Source: Eremomyces bilateralis CBS 781.70 (taxonomy: Eukaryota). Taken from it: 64,000 nucleotides of DNA. Shown piece after piece: positions 13,231-26,034 of this stretch; position 1 is the stretch's first letter, and the number at the start of each line of letters is the position of its first letter. The notes below the pieces were generated by a model, which was not told the DNA's origin, ran no database searches, and worked only from the letters and a program-made list of their open reading frames with translations. The stretch is from the NCBI GenBank assembly GCA_010015585.1, contig ML975150.1; one strand, written 5' to 3'. A program made the translations under genes and the position numbers.

Positions 13231-14412
13231 GATGGCTGGCTGCTGTGACTGATCTCAAACTTCAGTTGCAAATAACACTAGGAAGCAGGATGGAATTGGA
13301 TTGGGAGCAAGTTCAGGAAGATTTGGTATGTTGAGAAGGGGAAATTGTTGGGAGCAGGTTGGGGGGAGAAATGGGATATAGGCGGGGGATGCGGGACCCT
13401 GGAAGCTTGACGTTCCCACTGCGTGGTGTGTTGTCGTCACTTGAGGCGAAAAAGGGTCGACCGTGGTGGTGGGGTGGGAGCCAATTCAATCATGGCTCTG
13501 GCTCTGGCGGGGGATAAAGCAATCCTAACCGCCACGACCTGATAACCATGATCTCGCAGCGCGGAAATGTGAAATCATTCGGCCACTCTTCCTTGCTTTT
13601 CCGCCTGTTCAGTCAGCATCACCAATCGTTCTGGGCGACACCTCGAACAAACTTCCTTGATATCTTCGACATGACTGAAAGGATAAGTTTGAGCACTGCA
13701 GCTCTTCGCTGAAGCCATCACCATCTCATCATCAATTCATTTTCACCGTAATCAATAATCATCCAAGTCCCGCTATCCTCAGTAGTCCGACCCAAATATC
13801 CCGCTTGGCATTTAATAAGTTCGCTGCTGTTTTGCCGGCGGGCTATTTTAACCCCAAGGGAATTTCCTATCCCCTTGTTTATTTTGTTAACGTGACCCTC
13901 TAACAGTCCAAATATCCCGCATCAAATCTCATCTTCGCCGACCCCCACCATAAAGAAGCCTAAAAAGCCGCCCTCTTCACCAAATGGTCCCGCGTCTGCA
14001 TTGAGGCCATCGGCACGGTGTAGTTTGTAAGGATGGAGAGGTGATGAGGGGGATTCATCCTTAAAAGTAGCCGTCGTATAGCGTAGACTGAGGATTTCTG
14101 AGCATTGGTTTAGTTTCAAAGAGGAGTAAAGGGATGGCTATGAGCTGTATGGCGAAATGTAGTATTAATGAAAATCAAGAAATGACGACAATCACAAAAT
14201 CGTCTGACGGTCTGGCTCCGAGGTTGCATAGCGTTTCTGCCTCCAATTACAAAGACAAATCCAAGCTTGATACTTCCACCATCTCCATGGCCATTACACG
14301 CATAAATAGCATCAATGGAAAATTTCCTGATGAGAGATATTCAGTTTCTGTCCCATCCCGGTCACACCTTCCTTAAATTTCCAAAAATGAAATCCCTTCC
14401 ATCAATCAGCAC

Positions 14413-14501
14413 GGTTGTGTAGTGTAGCGGTTATCACTTCGGATTCTGACCTTTCAGAATTGCTCCTTCCGGAAACCCAGGTTCGATTCCTGGCACGACC
14501 T
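14413..14501 (+). tRNA. trnQ-CTG: tRNA-Gln(CTG) with 17-nt intron
   Basis: Acceptor stem GGTTGTG/CACGACC; anticodon CTG at 14446-14448 in stem TCGGA/TCCGG; intron 14450-14466 contains TCAGAAT, complementary to the anticodon loop; T-arm CCAGG-TTCGATT-CCTGG; oligo-T terminator follows. Confidence 0.95.
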
Positions 14502-14978
14502 CTCTTTTTTGTCTTTTTTGCTCACATCTATGAGATGGAGATTCGAGAGTGGATTAGATTTCACTTGGTTTGGGTGTGATCTGAGCTGGTTTCGTGGCGT
14601 TGTGGTGGACGTTGTTGTGGTGGTGGTTGCTCTTTTTGTGCTTATCACGTGCCTGCAATACACCATGATCTTGAACTTTTTGGCAATTCACATTTTTGTC
14701 TTGTCTCAATACGTCCGATTTTACATAGGCAGTTCTGCCGTCTACGAGAGCAAATGCTCCAGACTAAAGCTTATTGCAAAACAACCGAGTCATCAATAAT
14801 GCCTGCAAAAGTAGGTCACTTTTGCAGTGAATGGTTCCCAGATCGAAGATTCAAGTCCCGAAGAGAGATGTTTTGCATGTCTGACATTGCTACTACCGAA
14901 TAAGATGGACGGGTATGGGGTATCTAGCCACGCCTAAGATATAGCATATCTCAATCTGCAAACGGCAGTTCGCGTCCT

Positions 14979-15818
14979 TCATGCTCCATGATACTTCCTC
15001 GCATACCAGTAATGGATAAGATATGGGAAGAAAAACGGTACCGTAGGAAAATCACTCCCTCGGAACCCCTTCTCACTGCATCCTAACAGGATGGGCATTA
15101 TCACTTCCTAGTACTGAATATCAGCAGTGGAACGAATTCGGATGAAGCTGAAAGATGACTTACAAACACTTCCGGTCTCGTGTCCCCCGTAAGATGCGCT
15201 TCAAAGGCCGTTGCATGTGCCTTCAATTGCTTTTCATCCGTGTTCCTCATGTCCGCGCCCTGTAGCGCCTGCACCTCGTCACTCAGATGGACCACCAACA
15301 CGTCCGCCAGCTCCTCACAAAGCCTTTTCAAATCCCGCCCTTTCCTCCCCTTATACTCCTCCACCCCCACCTCCCTCGTATCCAAAATCCGCCGCGCATA
15401 CTCCCTTACCGTCTCCAACCGCGCGTGCATCGTGCGGTGCTGCCCCATCTCGTCCGCAAACGCATCGGGGTTCCCGACGATCGTCTGCAGGCCGGGGAAT
15501 AGGAACGTCTCTTCGCCGTCGTGGTGGTATATGACGGCTATGACCCAGGAGCGGACGAAGTGCATGAAGTCCCTCACGTCTGTGCTGGTGCCGCGGGTCG
15601 CGACAGGGGCGGCTTGGGTGACGATGACGTTGAGGCCGCGGAGGAGCATGCAGTGCACCTGGGTCATTTGGGTGGCGTACGGTATACCATGGACTCATGT
15701 TTCTAGAGATGATCAATTATGGACGACGGCGGTTCAGCATGGACTGGGGGCTCACGATGGATTGATCGGGGTTCTCGAGCAACGGGTAGGGCTCGTCTGC
15801 CCATGCTTTCGTAGTCAT
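14979..15818 (-). pseudogene. Hemerythrin-like (HHE cation-binding) protein, apparently disrupted
   Basis: MTTKAWADEPYPLL, H..LLRGLN, HHDGEE..FP, H.., HLSDEV; after intron 1 the frame hits TGA unless one base is added near 15691; last exon ends RKYHGA-TGA. Confidence 0.6.
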
Positions 15819-16694
15819 GGTAATTGGTACCGTTTAACTACAGTGGCAAATATTTAGATATAAGGTTATCGATAGACGGCTTGGCTTCCTATGTTGGCGC
15901 TGTGCAGCTGGTTTCATACTAGATGGCACAGGACAATATAAGAATGCATCTTGGCGTCGCCTGCTCGTGGGATTCAGCCTTTCGCTCGCCCTGTTCGGAA
16001 TTTCGGATACAGCCGCATGCTGATTACTTTCGGCGTTAAGAAAACCGTGCGCGAAGCCCATAGGCCATACGTTTTAAGTCATGAACGCCCATTCAGCTAC
16101 CCCGAACTCCAGCAGGGTTGTCAGTTGCATGTCAGCTGGAGTACATGGCTTGAGTGGTATATATTTGGCCCCCAAAGACCAGATATGAGCGATCTACGAT
16201 GTCACGATGTAGCTATAGCATGGTCTGACCAAAACCATACGCAGAGGTCGTATCGTGTTTACATACTACCAACCTCAGCTGAATACCGTTCGTAAATCGT
16301 AATCCATCACCAAACAGCAAAAGCGCGATTAATATCGTTTAGGTCGAGACCCTACGCGTCATTTAACATCGCCATTTAACATCGGTAGCGATGTTCTATC
16401 AAGGCAAGAAGTATAAGTGTCTCAGCGGCTACTTGTTTAACAGTACTGTTGAGATTGGAATATCTGCAAAGGCTCAATCTTCCACGATTGGAATTTCTTC
16501 AGAGGCTCAACATCTAGCACAATGGGAAGGAACTCCATAAAATTTAAAGGGGGAAAGATAAGACTAAGAACAATGCAAGCTGTAATTAGCTGTTGTTCTC
16601 AGAATGACAGTCCAATATCTGTAGAATAGTTGCGTAAAGAAAGAGGAAATAAGTTAACTACAACAAAGTCCTGCTTTATATATCCGCCTTCCCT

Positions 16695-16748
16695 AGATAA
16701 GCACCTCACGTAAGATAAGCACCTCACGTAAGATAAACATCTCATGTA
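16695..16748 (+). repeat. 18-bp tandem repeat x3 (AGATAAGCACCTCACGTA)
   Basis: Two identical units plus a third with three transitions. Confidence 0.9.
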
Positions 16749-17343
16749 TGATATTTATCCGCGCCCCTGGTTCGTTAGCTGAAGCTTACCCATCCTCGGT
16801 TTTGAAGACGCTCCCTATAAGGATCAACCTGAACAGGATTTTGAGACATCAAAGTCTACATAGGATGGAAACAAGACAATGGCTCTACAGCCGTATGTCT
16901 AACGGTACTGTTCTTGCATCTCATCAATCTTTCCTCAAGTCTGAAACCTCAAAGGCATCAAGTCTAAAAATTCTATGTTCTTCCCCTTTATAATGGCTTA
17001 AAATCTTGTATCATTGCTCCTGTATCCCTGATTTGTCGCTTTGTCGCGCAGCGACACTTCGGCACTAGCATATTGACGCCTAATTATCTCAGATGTCCAG
17101 ATGTAACCTCCCTGATCCTTCGTTACAGGGGATGCGGTCAGCTCACCTGCATTGAGCTTGACCTCACAGGTTATTTATTTCACGACGGAAGTATATATTG
17201 CATGATTTAATCCTGATAATACATGTGTGACTCCCGTTCTCCATCTTTCCTTACTACATCATATTATAGGCGGAATACTTCACAGTGCTTCCAATTGACA
17301 TTTTGACTCGAATCGATCGAAGTCTCCTTCTTACCTTGGTATC

Positions 17344-18168
17344 ATGGCGACTAAAGAGGCAGAACCCTTCCAACCCGTCGCCCTGGATTCCCGGTTCGAA
17401 ATCCGTCGACTCGAGTCATCACAGCATAGAGACTGGGCAAAAGCAATCTTGCTTCACACCAACATCTTCCACTCCCCAGTCTGGTCAATCATCTACCCCG
17501 ACAAACAGTTTGACAAAATATCTCAAGGTTGGGAGGCCATGAAGTATCTCGTAGATCTTCAAATCGACTCCGGCTGGTCGTTCGGCGTGTTCGACAGGGA
17601 ATACAAGTTCAAACGCCCCGAGTCGGCCGCCACGGGAGGCAAACTCTACTGGGATCTCACGAACGCGGGTGCCTCCGCGGCGGACCTCCTGGAGCAGATG
17701 GACTTCCCGCTGGTCTCCATTGCCCTAAGCTACGACGGAATCAATCCGCCCGAGCCAGCGAAATTGGGGCCCCTGATCGGGCTCATCCCGGCCTTCGGAA
17801 CGCTGTACATGGAGCTAGCCGCGCGCGATTCGCGGGACCCAACCTCGTGGAAGGCGAGGAAGGCGGGGGAGGTGCTCATGCGGAATGGGACTAGTACGCG
17901 GGCGGATTATGAGGGAAATGGAGTGATGAAGAAGGCGGCTTGGTGGCTGATGAGGGAGGCGGCGAGGAAGGGGTTTACGGCGATCCAGATTGAATGTGTC
18001 CATGATGCGGTTACTCATGTGTGGTCGCATCCTCCGGAGCCTTTCAAGGCGGACGTCGTGGCGAGTTTCGATTCGAAAACTCTGGAATATGAAGATGCCG
18101 ATGGGAATAAGACGAAACCATTTTACCCGGCAAAACAGGTTGTTTCAGCAATCTATGTTAGATTATAA
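17344..18168 (+). CDS. Fungal protein with probable GNAT-like acyltransferase fold
   Basis: Intronless 274-aa ORF with coding-like codon use; TSTRADYEGNGVMK resembles the acetyl-CoA-binding motif A. Confidence 0.75.
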   Translation: MATKEAEPFQPVALDSRFEIRRLESSQHRDWAKAILLHTNIFHSPVWSIIYPDKQFDKISQGWEAMKYLVDLQIDSGWSFGVFDREYKFKRPESAATGGKLYWDLTNAGASAADLLEQMDFPLVSIALSYDGINPPEPAKLGPLIGLIPAFGTLYMELAARDSRDPTSWKARKAGEVLMRNGTSTRADYEGNGVMKKAAWWLMREAARKGFTAIQIECVHDAVTHVWSHPPEPFKADVVASFDSKTLEYEDADGNKTKPFYPAKQVVSAIYVRL

Positions 18169-18261
18169 ACGGAGATCAATCATTGGAAAGTCTATATTGG
18201 AGTATGGCGCCGGAGCACACTGATATGACTGGACTATGTAGTTTTCCTAGTATCATTAGCG

Positions 18262-21200
18262 CTAAATGGCAAGGGGATGGGCCGTTTTCATCTCGGAACC
18301 GTCCTTTCGTTCTTCTCGACTTTCGTTCTTTTCGACTTGCTTCCGTTTCGGAAGAAATGGAAATCGCCGTTTCTTCTTCGTCAATTCCAGCCATCGTTCA
18401 ACTGCTCGAGCTCTTTCTTCTTCAGGCGCCCGTTCCAACTCGTCCGCCCCTTGAGCCATCCGGGCCAGCGCAACCTGCTCTTTCGCTCGCAAGCCCCCCA
18501 TGGATTGCATGTCTTTGACCATTCCTCGGTAGGGCAAACTAACGGTATTGATCATGGCTGGACAGATTAGTATGCTAAAAAATTAAACACGCGGAGGGAA
18601 AGTCGGCTCACCAGCTGTGGGCTTGAACGCTAGCCCTCCCACCCCATGAGCAAAACCTTTCACGAAACCCACGCCCCCTTCCTCCATCGCGCCTTTGACG
18701 GGGAGCGCAACGAGACCATACATACTGTCAAATACTGCCAGCCCCAAGCCCTACTCAACATCAGCGGAATTCTTTGTTAGATGTCAACTACCTACCTTCC
18801 CCGCTGCACCGATTCCACTGAAGGTACCTGTAACCCGCTCGTGAGGCCGCGCCGATTTATCTCCGTACAGCAACGGCAAGTTATGAAACCCACGGCCGGT
18901 TTGTAGGAGGATCTCGAAACTGGTGGCTACTCCACTTACCAAAACCCTTCCCACGCCTTTGGCCATCCCGGCACTGGCCCCGTTCAGCACGGCTCCTGCG
19001 TAGGCTGCCCCGGTGGAAAGGGACGCCTTGGATGATGACGTCGCACTGGTAGCGGACGTCTGCACCGATGAGATTTGTTGGGCTTCCCCACCCCAAAGGC
19101 TGCCGGATTGCTCCGTGGCTGGTGTCGAGCTCGCGCTCGCGCTCGCGCTCGCGGTTTCGGTGGTCTCCACCATGGATTGAAGGGCCTTGAAATCCTCTTC
19201 CGTGATTTCTCGAAACACCGATGATGATGATGAATTGCTCGAGGCTGGCCGAATCTCCGACCCTTGCAGTTCAGATGGCTGAGCGTACGACCCTTCCAAT
19301 TCGAATGGCCCTTGAAAGTCGTGTGGTGACTCTAATTCGGAATATCCGGGTGGTGGCAAGCTCCCCAACGAGCTGGTATCTCCAAATGTTGAATTCCGGC
19401 TCAGCGGAGGCCCTGTTATGCTAATATGTGGTAGGGGTGCAGTGTAAGACCTGGGTGGCCCTTGGGCGGCCTTTTCGTCCGACCCAGGCCCTGTAAGTGC
19501 GTGCCCAGCTGGGAGTGTCGCTGCGGCTTCGGCTTCGTTTTGACGTCGCTGGGTTTTCACCGCTTTGTATATCGACTTCGGGGTATCCATAAACACACCT
19601 TTACCCGTATCTGCGACTACGTCAAGTGATGCTGCTAATGCGCCTGATATCGGCTCCGTGGGGTACCATTCCGTGTCATAGATACGATGACGGAGACTAC
19701 TGTAATTAGCTTAGCCCGGTTCGTGAGGAATTTCAACTTACAGCTTTAGGTCCGAGGCTTTGATCAATTGCTTCGAAAGGAGCAGTGATGCCGCGAAAGC
19801 ACTCAATCTCCATCTCTTTCTCTTATGCTTCCACGCTGCCGTTCTTTCTGGAATCAGCACGCATCGCATCTCGTCGGCCCCAAGCATCTCGTGAAAGCTC
19901 GCTGCGCCCATTTTGGTCCCGTCTTCTCGATCAATTGACTCCTTGAGTTCACGGGCTCGCTCTTGTACGCTGGGTTGGAGCGCGAATAGAATCGCCTCGG
20001 AGAGATTCTCCGCCGTCAATTGGGATTTGGGAATCGGCTTCGGTCCCGCACCCGCTTTCGCAATCCGATTGCCCCAGAATGGTTGATCTCCGAAGAATGG
20101 AACGATCACCGTCGGCGTCCCGCACGCGATTCCTGCTGCCGTGGTCCCAGCGCCGCCATGATGCACAACGCATGATACTCGAGGGAATAGCCAGTCGTGG
20201 GGCACATTATCAATTAGCATGACACCATCTGGAAGAGAATCGGCTCCGATACCACCCCAGCCTTTGTTGACTAACGCCCGCTGGCCGGACATGATCGCTG
20301 CTCGAAATATCAACTTCGTTAGTGCATCTGGGTCATCGACAACAATGGATCCAAAACCAATATACACCGGACGTGGCCCCGCGGCGAGGAAGAGTTCCAG
20401 TTCCCGATTTGGGGTGAACGACGAGGCTTGCGGCAAGAAATAGAAACCTGCTACTTGTAGATGGCTTTTCCAATCGTTAGGTTTCGGAATGAGGGATGGA
20501 GACCTGTAACTATTAGCGAGATTCCATGATAGGCGTCGAGTTAACGTTCCAGCAATACGTATGCGGTACGCGCAGGGCACCCAAAATTCGAGGGCCGAAT
20601 GCCAGATGGATGGGCGAGAGGTTCAACAACTTCCGCCGAAACTTGTTGATGACATCCCCCAAGCCCTGCCAGACGAGGGTCTCAACTAGGGGGTAGGATA
20701 AAAGATTGACAATCCCAAGCTCGGTACTGTTCGTGGATTGGATGTTGGCCAACGGATGAGGAAATGCCGTTGTCGAGGACCACGGCATCCTATCACTGTC
20801 AGCACTTCATCTTTTACGTCTTGGGATGCCTTACGTGAACATGATATGGAGGGGGATATTGAGTTTTTCGGCGCAGTGGATATGGCCAAAGCTGGGAGGG
20901 TTTGCAATGATGCAATCCGCCACAAATGGTCGGTTTGAAGTGCACAGGTCGTCATCTGCGACAAAACAGGACTTCCAACACCCTTCAAGCATCTCGTAGG
21001 TGTCACGGCGGCGTTCTCTGACTTCAGCACTGAATAGAGCATCAATGTTAGGGAGCAGTCCGGGATGCTTGACCATGAATGCCATTAGCTTAGCAGGATC
21101 CCCGCCGATGCTGAAGAATTCGAGGCCATTCTCTTCCACGAACTTTTTGAAGACCGCGTGCGTCGCAATTCGTACCCGGTGATTCCATTGCTCTTTCAAC

Positions 21201-21609
21201 ACCTTCCCAAGTGCCACGAAGGGCTGCACATCTCCCCTCGAACCGACCACCTGTATGACCACATTCAGAGACGGCGGCCTCTTGTGCGGGTGATCGGGAA
21301 TCAGGCTTGGCGGAATCCACGCTCTCTCTGGAGCTGGTGTCTGAATGCGATATTGGTCCTGGACATCGCTTTGCAAGTCGGCCAAGAGGATACTTGAACG
21401 CGAGAAACGCCGTTTCAGGTTGACGTTGATGTTGATTCGTCCATCCTCTTCAGGACAGTATTAGCACTTCGACGAAGATACGATGTTGTTCCGGACTAAC
21501 CGTTCACGCTTGCGCGTGTGTCGATACCTCCACCTTCGGCGTGAACCTCGCCAGTGGGAAGAGACTCGTCCGCGAGGGTGTCCTGATCCGGATCCTTCGA
21601 ATTCTCCAT
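18262..21609 (-). CDS. Sterol 3-beta-glucosyltransferase-like (GT1/GT28 fold) without PH/GRAM domains
   Basis: VGSRGDVQPF, IIANPP, YIGFGSI, PHDWLF, VHHGGAGTTAAG, PFFGDQPFWG; six short introns, one with a non-canonical donor at 20549. Confidence 0.9.
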
Positions 21610-22376
21610 TGCACGTCGTCCGTGTCAGCTCCTATCCAGTTTTATTCCAGAGGAGACAAAGACGCGATTCCCCAGAGAGTTGCGTAGTCAACAAATATTT
21701 CAGAACCATAAACGTGATGTAATGCACCTATGCAATCAATCAATACGCGCAGTATTTAGACTTGGGGGAGTTAGTACGTGGAGAGCATGGCTTTGGAGCC
21801 ATTTGCTATCTTCAAGGTAGCAACTTTAATGGATTGACATGGCGATCAACGTTACCAGTTTGGATATCATGAACTTGCTATTCAATAGGAAATCTATGAA
21901 ATCTTCAGCTCCCTCCTGCTGTCCTGCATTAGAATCAATGTGGCGTGCAGATGGGGGCCGAATATCTGAACAGGCATGTAAGCCAAGCTCTCAAGGTATT
22001 CCCTTTTAAGCTGGCGCGGTTATATACGATTGGTTAGTTAATAGGATATCAGTATTGACCCTTGTTAAACCGTCCAAGGCTACATAGTAAGTGAGAGGCG
22101 AGAACGTGAAGCACGATTCGACTTTGGTGAAGACCGGACGAAATTTCAAGGCCGTAATATGGGACATTGGTTAACCTGAACCCTGGGACCCAGCGTACGC
22201 GTAAATGGAGTTATATTGTCAATCGTCCTACCTAATTCAAAGGCAGGATAAAAAGTAATGCATTGTCTTCATTGAGACAAATTTGAGTGAAGAAAAGATA
22301 GAATTAAGAGGTCTGAGAACTATATCCCCTGGAGATCGAACTCATAATTTACCTTCCCCTTACATTCCCTCTAGAA

Positions 22377-23682
22377 CTAGACCTTCAAGTCCACCTCTAA
22401 AACATCATAAGCGAACTTTCCCTCCATCGACGAACTCATCCACCACATAAACCCGGCCGTGAACCAATCCCGAATCACGGTGAAGAACCAGCCTAGGTCT
22501 TTGTTCGTCTCCCACCGCATGTCCGCTTCCTTGAACGCAGCATCGATCCTTGGTCGCCGGAGCTTTTCGAAGACGTCAAAGACATGCTCGAGGTTCTTTG
22601 GTCCATGATGTCGTAAAATCCTCGAGAAGAGAACCGCATCCTCGAGGCAGAGACCGACACTTTCTCCCATTGGAGGCATCTGGATTTGTTAGTTTGGTAT
22701 GGGTTAGAAAAGGGAGTTGACTTACTGCATGTGCTGCATCTCCCATCAATAGGATCCTTCCCGACACCCACTTCCCACCAGCCGGCAACTTATACACGGG
22801 ATACAAAAAGAAGGATTCAACCTGCTCTATCACCTCGCCAATGCATGGGACGGAACCATCTCGAAACAGCGACTGCACCCTATTCCGCACTGCTTCCTGA
22901 TCTTCCGACGCGAGCTTCCACCCTTCTTTGCTCACCACATCATCGGTCTCCATGACCGCAGCCGCGTACATCCTGCCCCTGTCTCTCGTGCAATAAGAGG
23001 TGAGCAGCGACCCTCGTCGACCTTGGAACATGCCTGTAGATTCGAACGGGATTTCACTCTTGAGACACGACGCGTCGGAGAACCCGTAGGCGGTGGCGAT
23101 CCCGGAGTATACGGGTTTCCGATCCGGGTCCACGAATTTCATCCGCACCGCCGAATGAATCCCGTCGCACCCGACGACCAGATCGCCGAACACCTCCTCG
23201 CCACCGGAGAAGACTGCCCTGATCGACGAACCCTCCTCGCCCGGCTGCTCGATCGACTCGAGCTCCATCCCCCACCGCACGCGTCCCCCCTCCTCCAAAA
23301 ACTTCTTCCGCATCACGTCCACCAACGTGGACCGCATCACGCGCAGCGCTCGATATTTAAACTTCTCCGGCTTATCGAAGTCCATTTCCCCGAGTTTCGC
23401 CCCGGTGCGGTGGGAGAAGATCTCCAGCCGGGGGACATCGCATGCTTCATTGACCACCGTGTCGAGGATGCCGAGATACTCTAAGAGGCGTAGGGCATTG
23501 GGCATTAGGTGAATGGCACCGCCGAGGGTGGATATAGAGGGGGTGAGGGTAGGGTCGGAGCGGAGCTCGTAGATCGTGACGGTGATGGTGAAGGTGGGGT
23601 CGGTTTGATTGAGGCGCATGAGGGAGAGGGCTAACCCCAATCCCGTGATACCACCACCGATGATAATGACGTTCAGCGGCAT
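22377..23682 (-). CDS. FAD-dependent monooxygenase (salicylate hydroxylase-like, group A)
   Basis: IIGGGITG, VGCDGIHSAVR, MGDAAHA|MPP..G..LEDA across one intron at ~22681-22725. Confidence 0.92.
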
Positions 23683-24324
23683 CGTCGGTCCGTGAAATCT
23701 TGACTTAGAGCTCCAGGAATAGGAGAGGTCAAAAACTGCCGCTGGAATGGAAATCCCAAGACTCGGGAAATAGCAAGGACAGACAAGATAGGAACGGAAT
23801 TAGAGAAGCGAGGGCTTTCAGCTGCTATTTATACCGGCAATACACCACCCCCCCGAAATATCGCATTGCTCGGATTCGAGGTCAACCAATCAAACGCCAA
23901 GACATTCGTGATAACGCATTTCTGAACGCCATGATCGTGCGCACCACGCAACTCATCTTATCCGGCCGCGTAGTTTGAGATGACGTTTCGGTCAACTTGG
24001 ATTCGTGCCTCTGGAGATTTGGATTCTCCATCGCGGATGTATGAACCCGGCTAGTGGAGGTGAAGGTCCAATATTGGCCTCTCCCTCTCGACCAACGGGT
24101 ATTACCTACACTCCAATGTCGGAGATATGGAGATATCCAGATCCATCCTGCTTGGCTAGCCCTGAAGCTTTGCAACTTTCTCTTCGCGTTCCTAGCGATG
24201 ATGCGACACTCTTTGATACGCGTCGCGTCGTCAAAACCGCGACCTCCGTGCCGTGCATCGCCCATCGATATTCCATCTTAATTGTGCATCGCGCACAGTA
24301 GAGCGCTCAATCCCTCTCACAATC

Positions 24325-24906
24325 TCACCCCGTTCCCCTCCTCCTCTTTGCCTCATCCCGAATCCTCTGCTCCAACCGCACCTCCATCTCCCTCTGCGCC
24401 ACCAACGTCTCCAACTCTCTCCTTACCCTCGCATTCTGCTCCACCGCATGCTGCCTTTCCTTACTCCGATTCCACAACCCCATCACCTGCGCCGCCCGAT
24501 CCTCCTCCAGCGCCCGCCGTAGCCCGTCCTCGTTGCGCACCCGCCGCCGGCTCACCAGCGCGGTGGCGAACGCGATCTGCGTTTCGGGGGAGGGGCCCGC
24601 GCCGCCGGTCGCCCAGCCGGTGGGGTGGGTGAGTTTGATTTGGGGAAAGGCGGTGAGGGGGTGGGTGCGGCGGGGGTCGGAGAGAGGGAGGGGGAGTTCG
24701 GGGCGGGTGAGAGGGGGTGGTGTGGCGGTGGGAGGAGGGGCGTCGGAGGGGGTGGATTGTTCGAGGACGGCGGTCATGAGGGAGTTTTCGAAGGATTCGC
24801 TGTAGGGAATGTCGTGGGGTGTCCATGGGAGTTGTTGGTCCATGGAGACGTCCTCGTCTTGAGGTGTCAATGGGCGGGTGAGGACTTCGGGGGTGTCGAT
24901 GTCCAT
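24325..24906 (-). CDS. Hypothetical fungal protein with C-terminal coiled coil
   Basis: ATG at 24906 (MDIDTPEV..); coding-like composition; E/R-rich helical C-terminus. Confidence 0.7.
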   Translation of the reverse strand: MDIDTPEVLTRPLTPQDEDVSMDQQLPWTPHDIPYSESFENSLMTAVLEQSTPSDAPPPTATPPPLTRPELPLPLSDPRRTHPLTAFPQIKLTHPTGWATGGAGPSPETQIAFATALVSRRRVRNEDGLRRALEEDRAAQVMGLWNRSKERQHAVEQNARVRRELETLVAQREMEVRLEQRIRDEAKRRRGTG

Positions 24907-25252
24907 TTTGATGGCGGGAATTCTCGTTATTTCTAGGGATGGTAAGATTGGAGATTGAGGGGTTTCCCAAATATAGCAAACGTGCTTGATGATCTTATTG
25001 TTATGGTGAAGTTGAAGATGCAAGTTCCAGCTCGAAATGCAGCGTTGAAGTTGCCTCCACATGCTTGGCGTGTCTGAATAAACCAACCTTCGCGATTTGA
25101 TCCTATACGGTACTCTCTCCTCCATACCGACATCACATTTACCAACCGATTCAACACAAATTCGGTTACATACCGTCCTCCCTACTCTTCATATCATTTA
25201 CCGTAATATCGCGATCTAAGCCGTCGCCGCCGAAGAACCTATCAAGCGCATC

Positions 25253-25609
25253 ATGGTACTTCCTCTTCCCTCCAAAAGCCATACCCACCACTAACCTCTC
25301 CTCCAGGCCGACAAACTCCGCGCCCAGCAACAACTCGAGCAACTCCAAGCCCGCTACGTCGGCACCGGCCATGCCGACACAACGAAATTCGAATGGACCT
25401 CCAACATCGCGCGCGACACCTACGCAAGCTACGTCGGGCATCCGCCGCTGCTTCAGTACCTCTCCATTGGCATGGGAGAGCCGCGGGAGAAGGTTAGGGC
25501 GATGATGATCGAGGTACGTTGGCAGTTTAGATGGGGAAAGATTGCTGGGGCTAACGATGGGTAGAAAATGATCCAGCCGGTGGGGAAGCCGCCGGAGGTG
25601 CAGGATTGA
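25253..25609 (+). CDS. SF3B5: Splicing factor 3B subunit 5 (Ysf3/SF3b10)
   Basis: ATG-only first exon, intron 25256-25306, then ADKLRAQQQLEQLQARYVGTGHADTTKFEW..RDTYASYVGHP; second intron; KMIQPVGKPP. Confidence 0.94.
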
Positions 25610-26034
25610 GAGAGTTGGGTGCCGTTGGAAACGAACTTGGTTGAAGAGACTATCACGCGAAGAATGAGGGTAGAGAGACGGTTTTCTGCCTTGCAGGAAC
25701 GGATGGGGAGGAATGGTGATGGGGAGGAAGAGGAACTGCCGGACATCAAGGCGAATGCGAACGAGTCTCCAACTACACTCACGGCGCGCTACTTAATCGG
25801 CTCGGTGTGCGGAGACTACCCAGGACATGACAGCATATGCGCATGACTTCTAAGGTCACCTCGTGGACTTAACAGTCAACTCATATACCACGACCAGATT
25901 AGGTCCGCCTGCGTATACCATATACTGATCTATGACATTGAAACTACGCCGAAAACCTGCAGCATCATATCATGACCCAGTCGACTATGTACCCGTGAAG
26001 CCACCTACGTATGTTCAAATGCACTCCAACCCGC

